DNA from: Myxococcota bacterium
GTDB taxonomy: Bacteria; Myxococcota_A; UBA9160; UBA4427
Assembly (NCBI GenBank): GCA_965250285.1
Contig: OZ252299.1
Coordinates: forward strand, 2,144,001 to 2,208,000
Reading direction: 5' to 3'
Length of the DNA stretch: 64,000 bases
This document shows positions 27,887 through 37,267 of the stretch, one piece after another. Numbering within the stretch: the first letter of the stretch is position 1; each line of letters opens with the position of its first letter. The notes under the pieces are model-generated. The model had not been told where the DNA came from and did no database searches. It worked only from the letters and a program-made list of their open reading frames with translations. A program made the position numbers and the translations under genes.

Positions 27887-28483
27887 ATGTTCGAAGCCCA
27901 GGGACTCGTAAAGCCGCTCTTCTGGGTCGTCGCGTTGCAGGCGCTCTTCTACGTGATCGTGCTGCGGCCCTGGCGCGTGCGCGACCTCGCGCGCGCGCTG
28001 TCGCCCGGCATCGATCTGTTCGCGGTGCTCCTGGTGTTGCTTGCGATCCTCGCCCTCGGTACGCCCGAGCCGTTCGATCGCGCGGCGGCCTGGCTGATCG
28101 AGCGCACCTCATTGCCCGACAGCATCGCGATGATCGACATCGAGCTCGCCGAGCTCGAACAGCTGCCCGAGCGGCTCTGGGCCGAGCTCAAGGCCACGTT
28201 CGGCTTCGATGGCCCGGCGCCGCCCGCTGGCCCCCCGATGCTGCTCGAGCGGCCAGGGGCGGTCGAAGCGGCCGTCGTCGGTGCCGTCGAAGAGGTCGTG
28301 TCGATCGTGATGCGCGCCTACGTGTATCTGACCTGCGTCGTGACGCTGTGGCTCGCGGCGCTGGTTCGGATCTTCATGCGGAGCGTGACCGCGCGGCTGT
28401 TGCGCGACGAGCGCCTGCTGAGCGCGGTCGCGGGCGGCGGCGGCGCAGCAGCGTCCCCGGCGCCCGAGGGCGCGGACGGCTGA
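27887..28483 (+). CDS. Hypothetical membrane protein
   Basis: Three hydrophobic segments; codon usage matches neighbours; start uncertain. Confidence 0.55.
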   Translation: MFEAQGLVKPLFWVVALQALFYVIVLRPWRVRDLARALSPGIDLFAVLLVLLAILALGTPEPFDRAAAWLIERTSLPDSIAMIDIELAELEQLPERLWAELKATFGFDGPAPPAGPPMLLERPGAVEAAVVGAVEEVVSIVMRAYVYLTCVVTLWLAALVRIFMRSVTARLLRDERLLSAVAGGGGAAASPAPEGADG

Positions 28484-28501
28484 AGGAAGCGCCGGGTCGA
28501 A

Positions 28502-29899
28502 TCAGCGCTGCCCGTTGAGCAGCTCGGTCAGCAGGACCGCGCTGGCCCGGACGCCCGTCTCGATCGATCGCTCGGCATCGGGCGCGAAGCGGCTCGAGTG
28601 CAGCGCGGGCAGCGGCGCGCCGCCCGGCTGTCGGCTCTCTTCCCAAGCCGCGGGCGGCGCGGCCCCGAGCCGGAACAGCAGGCTCGGCACACCGAGGGCT
28701 CGGCCGTAGCGCCCGAAGTCTTCGCCCCCCATCGACGGCAGCCGCTCGGTGACGCGCTCGGCCCCGAAGGCCTGGGCGAAGAGCTTCATCGCCTCGGCGC
28801 TGAGTGCCGGGTCGTTGTAGACCGCCGGCGTGTAGTGCTCGCGGATCGAGATCGCGGGCGGCTTCGTGCAGCGGTGGGCCTCGCAGACGCCCTCGGCCAC
28901 GTCGCGAATGCCATCCAGCAAGCGGGCCCGAACCTCGTCCGTGTACGAACGCACCGTCAGCTTGAGATGTGCTTCGTCAGGGATCACGTTGTGCTTCGAG
29001 CCAGCCTGGAACGAACCGACCGTGATGACGCCCGGCGCCCGCGGCGAGATGCGGCGACTGACGACGGTCTGCACGGCCGTCACGAAGGCCGCGCCCGCCA
29101 CGATGGGATCGACCGCCTGGTGGGGCCTCGCGCCATGCCCGCCCCGCCCGAAGAAGGTGATGTCGACCGCGTCGACGTTCGCCATGGCCCAGCCCGGCGT
29201 CAGACCGACCCAGCCGGCCGGCAGCGAAGACTCGACGTGGAGCGCGAGTGAGTAGTCCGGCTTCGGAAACCGCTCGAAGAGTCCGTCGTCGATCATCGCG
29301 AGCGCGCCGCGCCCGAGCTCTTCGGCGGGCTGCGCCACGAGCACGAGGGTGCCGCGCCACGTCTTGCGATGCGCGGCCATGTACTCCCCGATCGCGATCA
29401 GGTGCGTCGTATGGACGTCATGACCGCAGGCGTGCATCACGCCGACCTCGCCGACGCCGTCGACCGTGGCCGTGACTTCGCTCGCCCAGGGCAACCCGGT
29501 CTCCTCGGTGACCGGCAACGCGTCCATGTCGCCGCGAAACAGGACGACGGGGCCGGGGCCGTTCTCGAGCACCGCGACCACGCCGTGCCCGCCGACCTCC
29601 TCGGTCACCTCGTAGCCGGCCGCGCGCAGGTGCTTGGCGACCAGCGCGGCGGTCTCGACTTCGTGGAGGGAGAGCTCGGGATTCGCGTGGAGCGTGCGGT
29701 ACGTCTCGACGAAGCCCGCGAGCCGAGGCTCGACCCAACGCCCCACCCGATCCTGCGTGCGGGCGACGCCGTCGGCCGAAACGGCGGGGGCGGCCGCGAT
29801 CCCGAAGGCCGCGACGAGCCCCAGCGTTTTGCCCCACCGCGCGAGGCGGGATCGCCGGGCCGCGCCTGCTCGCCGCCGGGTGCGGTCTGGACCGTGCAT
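28502..29899 (-). CDS. M20 family amidohydrolase with signal-like N-terminus
   Basis: HANPELS, RGDMDALP, MHACGHD, QPAEE, GGHGARPH, GGEDF, LHS. Confidence 0.92.
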   Translation of the reverse strand: MHGPDRTRRRAGAARRSRLARWGKTLGLVAAFGIAAAPAVSADGVARTQDRVGRWVEPRLAGFVETYRTLHANPELSLHEVETAALVAKHLRAAGYEVTEEVGGHGVVAVLENGPGPVVLFRGDMDALPVTEETGLPWASEVTATVDGVGEVGVMHACGHDVHTTHLIAIGEYMAAHRKTWRGTLVLVAQPAEELGRGALAMIDDGLFERFPKPDYSLALHVESSLPAGWVGLTPGWAMANVDAVDITFFGRGGHGARPHQAVDPIVAGAAFVTAVQTVVSRRISPRAPGVITVGSFQAGSKHNVIPDEAHLKLTVRSYTDEVRARLLDGIRDVAEGVCEAHRCTKPPAISIREHYTPAVYNDPALSAEAMKLFAQAFGAERVTERLPSMGGEDFGRYGRALGVPSLLFRLGAAPPAAWEESRQPGGAPLPALHSSRFAPDAERSIETGVRASAVLLTELLNGQR

Positions 29900-30110
29900 G
29901 GCGGATCCTCATCGACGTCGTGCGGGCCCTGCCCCGCGCGCCGGCCCCTCAGCATGGAGAGCCTGGGGCGCGCCGTCCACTCCCGCGGCCCGCCCCGCCG
30001 TCACCGCCGAAGCGCACCGTGTTCGGGCGCCGCCCCGGGGCGATCGCGACCGAGCCGACTTCGGTCCCGCGAACCGGCCCCGCCGCGTCGCGCGGCTATG
30101 CTGCGCCGCC

Positions 30111-30482
30111 ATGGAGCAGTCGACCGCCGTGCACCATGCCGTCGCGCGCGACGACGCCCTCGCCGAGGGGGCGGTGCTCGCGTGCGAGGCCGATGGGCGC
30201 GAGATCGCGCTCTGCCGCGTCGAGGGGGCGATCTACGCCGTCGCGCTGCGCTGCTCGCACGCCGCCTGGCCCATGAAGGACGGGCCGCTCGAAGGCTGTG
30301 AGCTGGTCTGTGTGGCGCACGGCGCGCGCTTCGACGTGCGCGACGGTCATCCGACCGCCGGCCCGGCCGAACGTCCCCTCGACACCTGGCCCACCCGGCT
30401 CCGCGACGGATGGATCGAGGTGGCTCTCCCACCGCGCCGCCGCCCCACGAGACCGGTCGCGGACGAGTCGGGGCGCGCCTAA
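30111..30482 (+). CDS. Rieske [2Fe-2S] ferredoxin
   Basis: CSH...CVAHGARFD motif. Confidence 0.85.
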   Translation: MEQSTAVHHAVARDDALAEGAVLACEADGREIALCRVEGAIYAVALRCSHAAWPMKDGPLEGCELVCVAHGARFDVRDGHPTAGPAERPLDTWPTRLRDGWIEVALPPRRRPTRPVADESGRA

Positions 30483-30518
30483 GCTACCGCCGCCCCGAGA
30501 GAACCGAGGTCTCCCTCC

Positions 30519-31691
30519 ATGCCGCCCGCCGCCGCGCCCAAGCGCCCCGCCCACCCCGCCCGCACCCGGGCGATCATCCTCAGCGCCCATCTCGTCCTCG
30601 TGGCTCTGCTCGCTGTCGGCTGCCGCTCGCTGTTTCGCGACGACCCCGAAACGACGACGGTGCCGCCGCGCACCGCCAAGAGCGCGGCGATCACACCCAC
30701 GACGACCACCGGTGAAGAGACCTGGTCGGCGCTGGCGAACGCGGCCCAGGACGCCATGCAGCGCGGCGAGCTCGAGGCTTCCGAAGAGCTCTACCTCTCG
30801 TGCATGGCGGCCACCGAATCGTTCGCCGACCTCGACGTGCGGCGCCGCGCCTCGCTCGCGATTCCGTCGCGCCTCGCCGAGCGATACCAGGCCGCGGGCG
30901 ACTGGGAGGGCGCAGCGCGCATCACCAACGCGGTCCTCGCCGAGGCTCAGGGCGGCATGGCATTCCCGCTGGAGGCGTGGGCCGAAGCGTTGCTCACGCG
31001 CCTCGAGATCGAGCGCATCCAGGAAGGGCCCGAGGCCGAGCTCGAGACCGCGCAGCAGATCGCCGAGATCCATTTCGGCCCCGCCGACGAGGCGACGATC
31101 GGCGAGATCACGCTTCGCCAGGCCGTGGGTCGCCTGCTCGCCGCCCACGAGGACGACGCCGCTGCCGCCGCGCAGCTCGGCTGGGCCGCGCGGGCCGCCG
31201 AGCACGTCCTGCGCATCGACATCGCCGACCGCCTCGCGCTGCTCTTCGAGGCGGCCGCGCTCTCGCAGCGAGCCGGCGACCTGACAACGGCCGACTTCTT
31301 GCTGCGCGAGGCGGTCGAGCTGGCCCAGCGTTCCGCCCCCGGCACACTGGTCGAAGGGTCGGCGCTCAATCAACGAGGCTGGTTCCTCGTCGAGCAGGGC
31401 CGTCCGCACGCGGCGCTCGTGCCCCTCGAACAAGCGGCGGACATCGCACGAAGCACCGACGAAGACGCGGTCCTGCGCGCGGCGATCTTCGACTCGCTGG
31501 CGGTTGCGCTGCACCGGGATGGTCGTCTCGAGGACGCGTCGAAGGCGCTCGACGAAGCCATGCGCGCGCGGGACGAGGCCACGCCCGAGCAGCGCGCCGC
31601 GCTCTCGATGCTCGACGCGCATCGCGCGTCCCTCGACCACGACCTGGGCGCGGCCGACGCGAACGCGGCCGATGCCGACGCCGGCTCCTAG
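30519..31691 (+). CDS. TPR-like helical-repeat lipoprotein
   Basis: LAVGC lipobox; Ala/Leu-rich helical repeats (ALNQRGW, DSLAVAL...GRLEDA). Confidence 0.65.
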   Translation: MPPAAAPKRPAHPARTRAIILSAHLVLVALLAVGCRSLFRDDPETTTVPPRTAKSAAITPTTTTGEETWSALANAAQDAMQRGELEASEELYLSCMAATESFADLDVRRRASLAIPSRLAERYQAAGDWEGAARITNAVLAEAQGGMAFPLEAWAEALLTRLEIERIQEGPEAELETAQQIAEIHFGPADEATIGEITLRQAVGRLLAAHEDDAAAAAQLGWAARAAEHVLRIDIADRLALLFEAAALSQRAGDLTTADFLLREAVELAQRSAPGTLVEGSALNQRGWFLVEQGRPHAALVPLEQAADIARSTDEDAVLRAAIFDSLAVALHRDGRLEDASKALDEAMRARDEATPEQRAALSMLDAHRASLDHDLGAADANAADADAGS

Positions 31692-32320
31692 CCGACCTCG
31701 AAGACCACCGACTCGTAGACACCGAATCGCCGCTCGGCGACGCAGTGCCCGCCCCGCGCGGTGAGTCGCGCGCGGTAGTCATAGATCGGGTGGAGCGCCG
31801 CCAGACCGAGCCCCCAGGCCGCCCACAAGAGCGGTCGATAGTGCAGCTCGAAGAGCACGCGCTCGGTGCGGCTGCGCGGGGGGGCAAAGTCGGCGATCGC
31901 GATCCGGCCCCCGGGCGCGAGCAGAGCCAGAGCGTGACCGAGCACCGCGTCGAGCTCGGCCTCGCTGAACACGTTCAGAAAGAAGTTGAGCGCGAGCACG
32001 TCGTAGGGCCCGCCCTGGTGCGACCGAAAATCTTCGCAGTGGAGCCGCACCTGCGACGCGCGCGCACCGAGGCGGCGCTCGAGCCGGGCGAGCATGCGCG
32101 GCGAGAGGTCGACTGCAGCGACATCGAGCCCTGCATCGACCGCGGCCACGGCGTCCTCGCCGCTGCCGACACCGGCGTAGAGCACGCGCGCACCCGGCGA
32201 CACGTAGTCGAGCTGGCTGCGCTTCGCGCGGCCGATCCGACCGAGCGAGAGCGCCCGAGCGACCTCTTCGTAGAAGGGGGCGACGCGCTGGTACGAGCGA
32301 ACTCGGGCGGGTCGACTCAT
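31688..32320 (-). CDS. Class I SAM-dependent methyltransferase
   Basis: VLYAGVGSG, VDLSPRML, LAPGGRIAIADF. Confidence 0.85.
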   Translation of the reverse strand: MSRPARVRSYQRVAPFYEEVARALSLGRIGRAKRSQLDYVSPGARVLYAGVGSGEDAVAAVDAGLDVAAVDLSPRMLARLERRLGARASQVRLHCEDFRSHQGGPYDVLALNFFLNVFSEAELDAVLGHALALLAPGGRIAIADFAPPRSRTERVLFELHYRPLLWAAWGLGLAALHPIYDYRARLTARGGHCVAERRFGVYESVVFEVG

Positions 32321-32356
32321 CGGCTCACGTCCGGGCGCCGCCGTCGCGTCTTGGAA

Positions 32357-32482
32357 CGCTCGCGGCGCTTCTCGGATCGCTCGCGGCGCTTTTCAGATCG
32401 CTCGCGGCGCTCTTCATATCGCTCGCGGCGCTCTTCATATCGCTCGCGGCGCTGGTCATACCGCTCCCGGCGCTCGTTGGCG
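32357..32482. repeat. 21-bp tandem repeat x6 with conserved 13-bp core CGCTCGCGGCGCT
   Basis: The core recurs every 21 bp with a variable 8-bp segment between copies. Confidence 0.92.
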
Positions 32483-32492
32483 CGCGCCCCGC

Positions 32493-33185
32493 TCAGCCGA
32501 TCTCGGCGTGGAGGAACGAGAGGATGTCGTTCCACGCCTCCTCCGCCGCCGCGGCGTCGAACACGTCGGGCCGCGCGTGGTTCATGAACGCGTGCTGGAC
32601 GCCGAGGAACGTCTTGAACTCGGCGCGGGCGCCCGCCTCGCGCAGCGTCGACTCGAGCGCGCGGACGCTCTCGTTCGGGATGAAGTCGTCGTTCTCGGCG
32701 AAGACACCGAACACGGCCGCCTCGAGGTTCGAGACGTCGAGCTCGACATTCGGGTGAACGCCGTAGCAGTCGACGACCGCGGCGACCCGGGGGTTCGCGC
32801 AGCCGGCCGCGAGGGCGAGCTGCCCGCCCATGCAGAAGCCGACGCAGCCGACCGTCGAGCCCGTGACGCTCGACTGGCGCAGCAGAGCATCGGCCGCGGC
32901 GTCGAGGTCGCGCGACGCGCGAGGGATCTCGAGATCCATCATCAGGCGACCGGCGACATCGGGATCGGTCGTGTGCTCACCGCGGTAGAGATCGGGCGCG
33001 AGCGCGACGAAGCCGGCGCGGGCGATCCGGTCACAGACGTCGCGGATCGCGTCGACCAAACCCCACCACTCCTGAATCACGAGCACGCCCGGCCCCTGCC
33101 CCGATGCGGGCACGGCGAGGTACGCGGCGACGTCGTCGCCACCGCTCTCGAAGGTGATCTCGTCGCCCGATCGCTCGCCGCTCAT
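32493..33185 (-). CDS. Dienelactone hydrolase (carboxymethylenebutenolidase) family protein
   Basis: VIQEWWGL, ALAPDLY, GFCMGG, HAFMN. Confidence 0.92.
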   Translation of the reverse strand: MSGERSGDEITFESGGDDVAAYLAVPASGQGPGVLVIQEWWGLVDAIRDVCDRIARAGFVALAPDLYRGEHTTDPDVAGRLMMDLEIPRASRDLDAAADALLRQSSVTGSTVGCVGFCMGGQLALAAGCANPRVAAVVDCYGVHPNVELDVSNLEAAVFGVFAENDDFIPNESVRALESTLREAGARAEFKTFLGVQHAFMNHARPDVFDAAAAEEAWNDILSFLHAEIG

Positions 33186-33241
33186 GTCCGACGCCCCTTC
33201 TCTCCGCGAATGACGTGCGGAGGCGGCGGGAGGCTACGGCA

Positions 33242-33323
33242 GACCTCGCGCGTCGCCTAGGGCGTCGCGCGAGGTCGCCGAGTGAGTCGCGCGAGGTCGT
33301 CGAGTGAGTCGCGCGAGGTCGCC
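33242..33323. repeat. Inverted repeat whose right arm is tandemly repeated (22-bp unit x~2.7)
   Basis: GACCTCGCGCG...CGCGCGAGGTC stem (33242-33277); GTCGCGCGAGGTCG at 33264, 33286 and 33308. Confidence 0.85.
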
Positions 33324-33409
33324 TCGGGCGACGCACGACGTCGGCGAGCGAGTCGCGCGTCCGCACGACCCGCCCCTCGAGGTCGAGCGGCGACCGTGCG
33401 GATGGAACC

Positions 33410-34402
33410 CTACGGCGTCGGGAAGCCGGGCGGTGCGGGGCCGGGGAACGGACCCACCGGACCACCGGGGGGCAGGCCGGGCGGGGGCGGGCCGGGGAAC
33501 GGACCGATCGGGCCGCCGGGGCCGACGGGCCCCGCCCCCAGCGCACACGCCGGGCCGGTCGCGCCGCTGCAGGGGGTGAACACGTCGCTGTTCTCGTTGG
33601 GCCGAATGCCCGGTCCGAACGATGCGATCGGGATCCCCACGTCCTGCGGCCCCTGTGCAAAGCGCGTGTTGGGAGCGCCCGCAGGCGAAGTCCCACCGCC
33701 CCCGCTCGAGACGGGCGGCAGCGGCACGGGGGCAGCGCCCGCCGCGTAGAGCCCGGCGGCCCCCTTTGCGATCGCGCAGCCGCCTTCGTTCACGGTGGCG
33801 CTCTGACCGGCCGTGCTGGCCGCCTGCACCTGACCTTCGAGTGCGCACACCATGACGACCAGAGCCGCCTTCTCGGGGAACGCGTAGACCTCGACGTCGC
33901 CGCTGGCCTGGGCGACCTCGAGCGCCGGCGTCTTGAGCCGGGCGCCCTCGGCCTCTTCGCCGGCCTCGAGCACCCGCACATGGCCGCGAACCAGCCGCAC
34001 GTCGGGCGCGCCGCCCGGTGTGAGGGCAAAGCTGAGCTCGGTGTCTTCGTTGAGCCCCGTGTAGTGATCCCCCGAGAGCACGCCGAGCTGGCCGCCGCGC
34101 GGCGTCACCAGTCGATCGCCCGGATAGATGGGGCCGTTCTCGACGAGGCGTCGACGCGTACCGTCGGACGACTCGGCATAGACGACGCCGTGGACGCCCG
34201 TCACGCGACCAATGACGCGATCGTCCGAGGGCTCGGGCACCGGCTCGCTCGTCGCGAGCGCGTCGAAGCCCTGAGGCGGCGCCGGCTCGGTCGTATCGGC
34301 GTGCGCATTCGTCACGCCGAGCGTGACGAGCGCGACCATCGTCGCCATCAAGGCGATGGCGGTCATCGTCGAGGTCTCCTGTGTCTGTGCGTGTGCGTTC
34401 AT
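33410..34402 (-). CDS. Secreted FecR-like domain protein with Pro/Gly-rich tail
   Basis: Signal-like helix; IGRVTGVHGVV...IYPGDRLVT...LNEDTEL...LVRGHVR...KTP...LEGQV pattern. Confidence 0.65.
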   Translation of the reverse strand: MNAHAQTQETSTMTAIALMATMVALVTLGVTNAHADTTEPAPPQGFDALATSEPVPEPSDDRVIGRVTGVHGVVYAESSDGTRRRLVENGPIYPGDRLVTPRGGQLGVLSGDHYTGLNEDTELSFALTPGGAPDVRLVRGHVRVLEAGEEAEGARLKTPALEVAQASGDVEVYAFPEKAALVVMVCALEGQVQAASTAGQSATVNEGGCAIAKGAAGLYAAGAAPVPLPPVSSGGGGTSPAGAPNTRFAQGPQDVGIPIASFGPGIRPNENSDVFTPCSGATGPACALGAGPVGPGGPIGPFPGPPPPGLPPGGPVGPFPGPAPPGFPTP

Positions 34403-34463
34403 GACCTCTTCCTCACCCCTCTCTCTTCGAACGCGGCCCGATCAGACGTGGAGACGTCTCGGG

Positions 34464-36155
34464 TTAGAAGTCGACGTTGACGAACGCGCCCACCACGTGG
34501 CGGCTGTAGTCGAAGACTTCGACGTTCGATTCGTTGCGGATGTACCAGTAGCGCCCGGAGACGCTGAGCCAATCGTAGATCGGGCGTTCGATCTCGCTGT
34601 GCACCTGCCCGATGAAATCCTTGCGTCGGTCGCCGAACCCGGCCGGCGAATACGTTGAGACGTTGTCGAAGGGATTGAAGCCAGCGCTGCCCCACACGTC
34701 GAATTCGATCTTCCACGGCCAGAGCGAATCGAAGCCGAGCCTCAGCTCGTGGAGGTTGTAATCCCAGTCTTCGCCTTTCGCCCAGTAGCGTCGGTACGTA
34801 TAGCTGCCGTTCAACTCGAAACGACGAATGACGTCGTTGCGCAGGCCCGGCAGATCGATGCGATGCCGGAGCGCGCCCCCGACCCCCGTGCCGCTGCGAT
34901 CGCGTTCTCGCGCCTGGACCGGGTCGGGCGAGAGCAGATCGACATTGAACAGGAATTCGTACCACTCCCACAGCGCCGCGACCTCGGTGTTGCCCCACTT
35001 GCCCCAGTTCCGGTGCCATTCGAGGGCGCCGGTCTGTGTAAGCACGTAGGGGTCGAAGTCCAGCCATGCGTAACCGATGTCGTAGCGCGCGCGCAGGAAG
35101 CTGTACGTCGTGAGATCGCGATCCAGCCAGACCGTTCCGACCGGATAATGGGTGTTGAACTGTTCGAGGTGAAAGTGCGCATTGCCCGAGTACGACGCCG
35201 CGATGCCGCCCGACCAGCCATTGCTTCGAAACAGCTCGGCGCCCCCGTAGGCGCTCCACACGATCCGACCGTCGGATTCGTCCGAGATCGCATCGGGCAG
35301 CACGACGGCCTGGCTGCGCAGGGTGACGTTGCTGTCGTACTCGATGCCGAGCGAGGCGCCGAAGAAGGCGCGATCGCCGATCGACTCGCCGCGCAGCAGC
35401 TCGGCGGCCCGCTTGCCCCACAGCCCGTCCTTGCCATCGATGTCGATGGTGCGCCGAAGATTGTCGCGCGCCAGCTGATGTTCACCGAGCGACTGCCATG
35501 CGACGCCCGCGTAGAACGAAGCGACTGGATCCACCTGATCGGGGTCGATCGCGCGGGCGCGCTCGAGCGCGAGCGCGCCCTCGCGGAACTCCCCGCGCTC
35601 GAGCTGCAGAAGACCGGTATACAGCTCGTAGTCGGGCATGCCGACCGGCGTCACGTTGCCCTTGGCAGCCTGCAGCGACGCCCAGGCGTTCGCGTAGTCC
35701 CCCATGTGATAGAGCGCGACGCCGTGATAGAGGTCGACATCCGGCAGCTGAGGGTCGAGCTGCTTCGCCTCGGCGAGCACCTGACTCGCGCCGACGAAGT
35801 CGCCCGTCGCAATCAGACACTGACCCTGAAGGAGCGCCACCGACGCGTCGTCGGGCGAATCGGCGCGGGCCGCCGCGAGATCCCCCGACGCCTCGTCGCA
35901 CCGGCCGTCTTCGGCGAGCGTGCGAGCCCGGTCGGCCAGCACCCGACCTCGATCGGCCTGCTCCGGAGCCGCGTCGGCCAACGCCCGACTTCGATCCAGG
36001 GGCTCCGAAACCGGGTCGACCAGCTCCTGCTCCGGATCGACGGGCGCCTGGGCCCATGCGGGGAGCGCCGCGAGCGTCACGACGGCCGTCGTCAGGATGA
36101 GGCCCGCCCTGACCAGGGCTCTGTGGGCCTGGTAGGTGTCGCTCAGACGAGTCAA
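34464..36155 (-). CDS. TPR-repeat plus outer-membrane beta-barrel protein (Slam/DUF560-like architecture)
   Basis: Signal peptide AWA-Q, N-terminal TPRs, GIEYDSNV barrel start, NESNVEVFDYSR and terminal Phe; TTG start inferred. Confidence 0.7.
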   Translation of the reverse strand: MTRLSDTYQAHRALVRAGLILTTAVVTLAALPAWAQAPVDPEQELVDPVSEPLDRSRALADAAPEQADRGRVLADRARTLAEDGRCDEASGDLAAARADSPDDASVALLQGQCLIATGDFVGASQVLAEAKQLDPQLPDVDLYHGVALYHMGDYANAWASLQAAKGNVTPVGMPDYELYTGLLQLERGEFREGALALERARAIDPDQVDPVASFYAGVAWQSLGEHQLARDNLRRTIDIDGKDGLWGKRAAELLRGESIGDRAFFGASLGIEYDSNVTLRSQAVVLPDAISDESDGRIVWSAYGGAELFRSNGWSGGIAASYSGNAHFHLEQFNTHYPVGTVWLDRDLTTYSFLRARYDIGYAWLDFDPYVLTQTGALEWHRNWGKWGNTEVAALWEWYEFLFNVDLLSPDPVQARERDRSGTGVGGALRHRIDLPGLRNDVIRRFELNGSYTYRRYWAKGEDWDYNLHELRLGFDSLWPWKIEFDVWGSAGFNPFDNVSTYSPAGFGDRRKDFIGQVHSEIERPIYDWLSVSGRYWYIRNESNVEVFDYSRHVVGAFVNVDF

Positions 36156-36159
36156 TGGA

Positions 36160-36936
36160 TCAGCCCCGGGCTTGACCGCGACGCCGTGAGGCGAGCAGGG
36201 CCAGCCCCGCACCCACCATCAAGAAGGTGCCGGGCTCGGGGATGACGGTGTAGTTGCGGCCCACGTTCGACAGGAAGGGGACGCCGTTGCCGAGCGCCTC
36301 CTCGCCGTTGTACGCGAACTGCAGCGTGTCGCCGACCCCGTCGATCACGATCCCGTAGTACTGAAAGACCGAGTTGCCGAAGTCGAGCAGGCCGCCCTGC
36401 AGCGCGGGAACCGTGACGCCCCCGACCGTGCCGCCGTCGTTCAGCACCGAGACGGTGCCGAACTCGTAGCGGTCGAACGGCGGGGTGCCGGGCGGCGGCA
36501 CGAAGTTGGGACCCGCCATGCCGCCGATGAACAGATAGAGACCGTTCGGCGGGATATCGATGTTGATCTCGGTCACCTCCCAGGACACGAGGGCCTGGAA
36601 GTCGAGGGTGCCTTCGGGCAGCTCGTCCTGGAAGCCACCCGAGCCCTCCCAGATGTACTGCTCGGTGCGCTCGAACACGACCGGTGCACCCGAACCCGCG
36701 ACCGGCGAAGCCGACAGGAAGTCTTCTTGCACCGGCGAGAGCAACCACTCGGGCGTGAAGTCGGTGGTCGCAAAGCCCGCCGCGAACGACTCGGGGATCG
36801 GCTCGGCGAGTGCGTGCGCCTGCTGCGGCGCCGCGATCAGGAGGACCAGTGCCGCGGGCAGCGCGAGGGCTGCGGCGATCATGCGTGCAGCCACGCGCGA
36901 TGAATTCCGAATTTGGATCTCGATGCGATGAGCCAT
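36160..36936 (-). CDS. PEP-CTERM sorting domain protein
   Basis: Signal peptide (AHA); C-terminal VIPEPGTFLMVGAGLALLASRRR. Confidence 0.9.
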   Translation of the reverse strand: MAHRIEIQIRNSSRVAARMIAAALALPAALVLLIAAPQQAHALAEPIPESFAAGFATTDFTPEWLLSPVQEDFLSASPVAGSGAPVVFERTEQYIWEGSGGFQDELPEGTLDFQALVSWEVTEINIDIPPNGLYLFIGGMAGPNFVPPPGTPPFDRYEFGTVSVLNDGGTVGGVTVPALQGGLLDFGNSVFQYYGIVIDGVGDTLQFAYNGEEALGNGVPFLSNVGRNYTVIPEPGTFLMVGAGLALLASRRRGQARG

Positions 36937-37267
36937 GGTGCGACCTTTCACCCCTCTCTGTCGTGTCAGTCAGTCTGCGTCGTCCCTCGTGCCTTCGAAC
37001 CCGGGCGAGGGCTCTTCGTGCACGGCATCCCCTATCCGAAACATCGATGACGATCGTCGACGGGCGGACGGACACGTCGGGGTGCGACAGTATGTGGTTG
37101 CCGCTGTCCAGTTGTGTCAGAACGGTCACCGAATCCCGGGTGAATTCCGCCACAGAACGGTGTTTCAGTCACGATTCCCACCGAATCACTGCCGTTTTGC
37201 GTACGTTTTTCGTGTTCGTGTAAAGCGATGGAGCCGTCAACTGGCGGCGCGCCGTGTGTCGTTTTCT

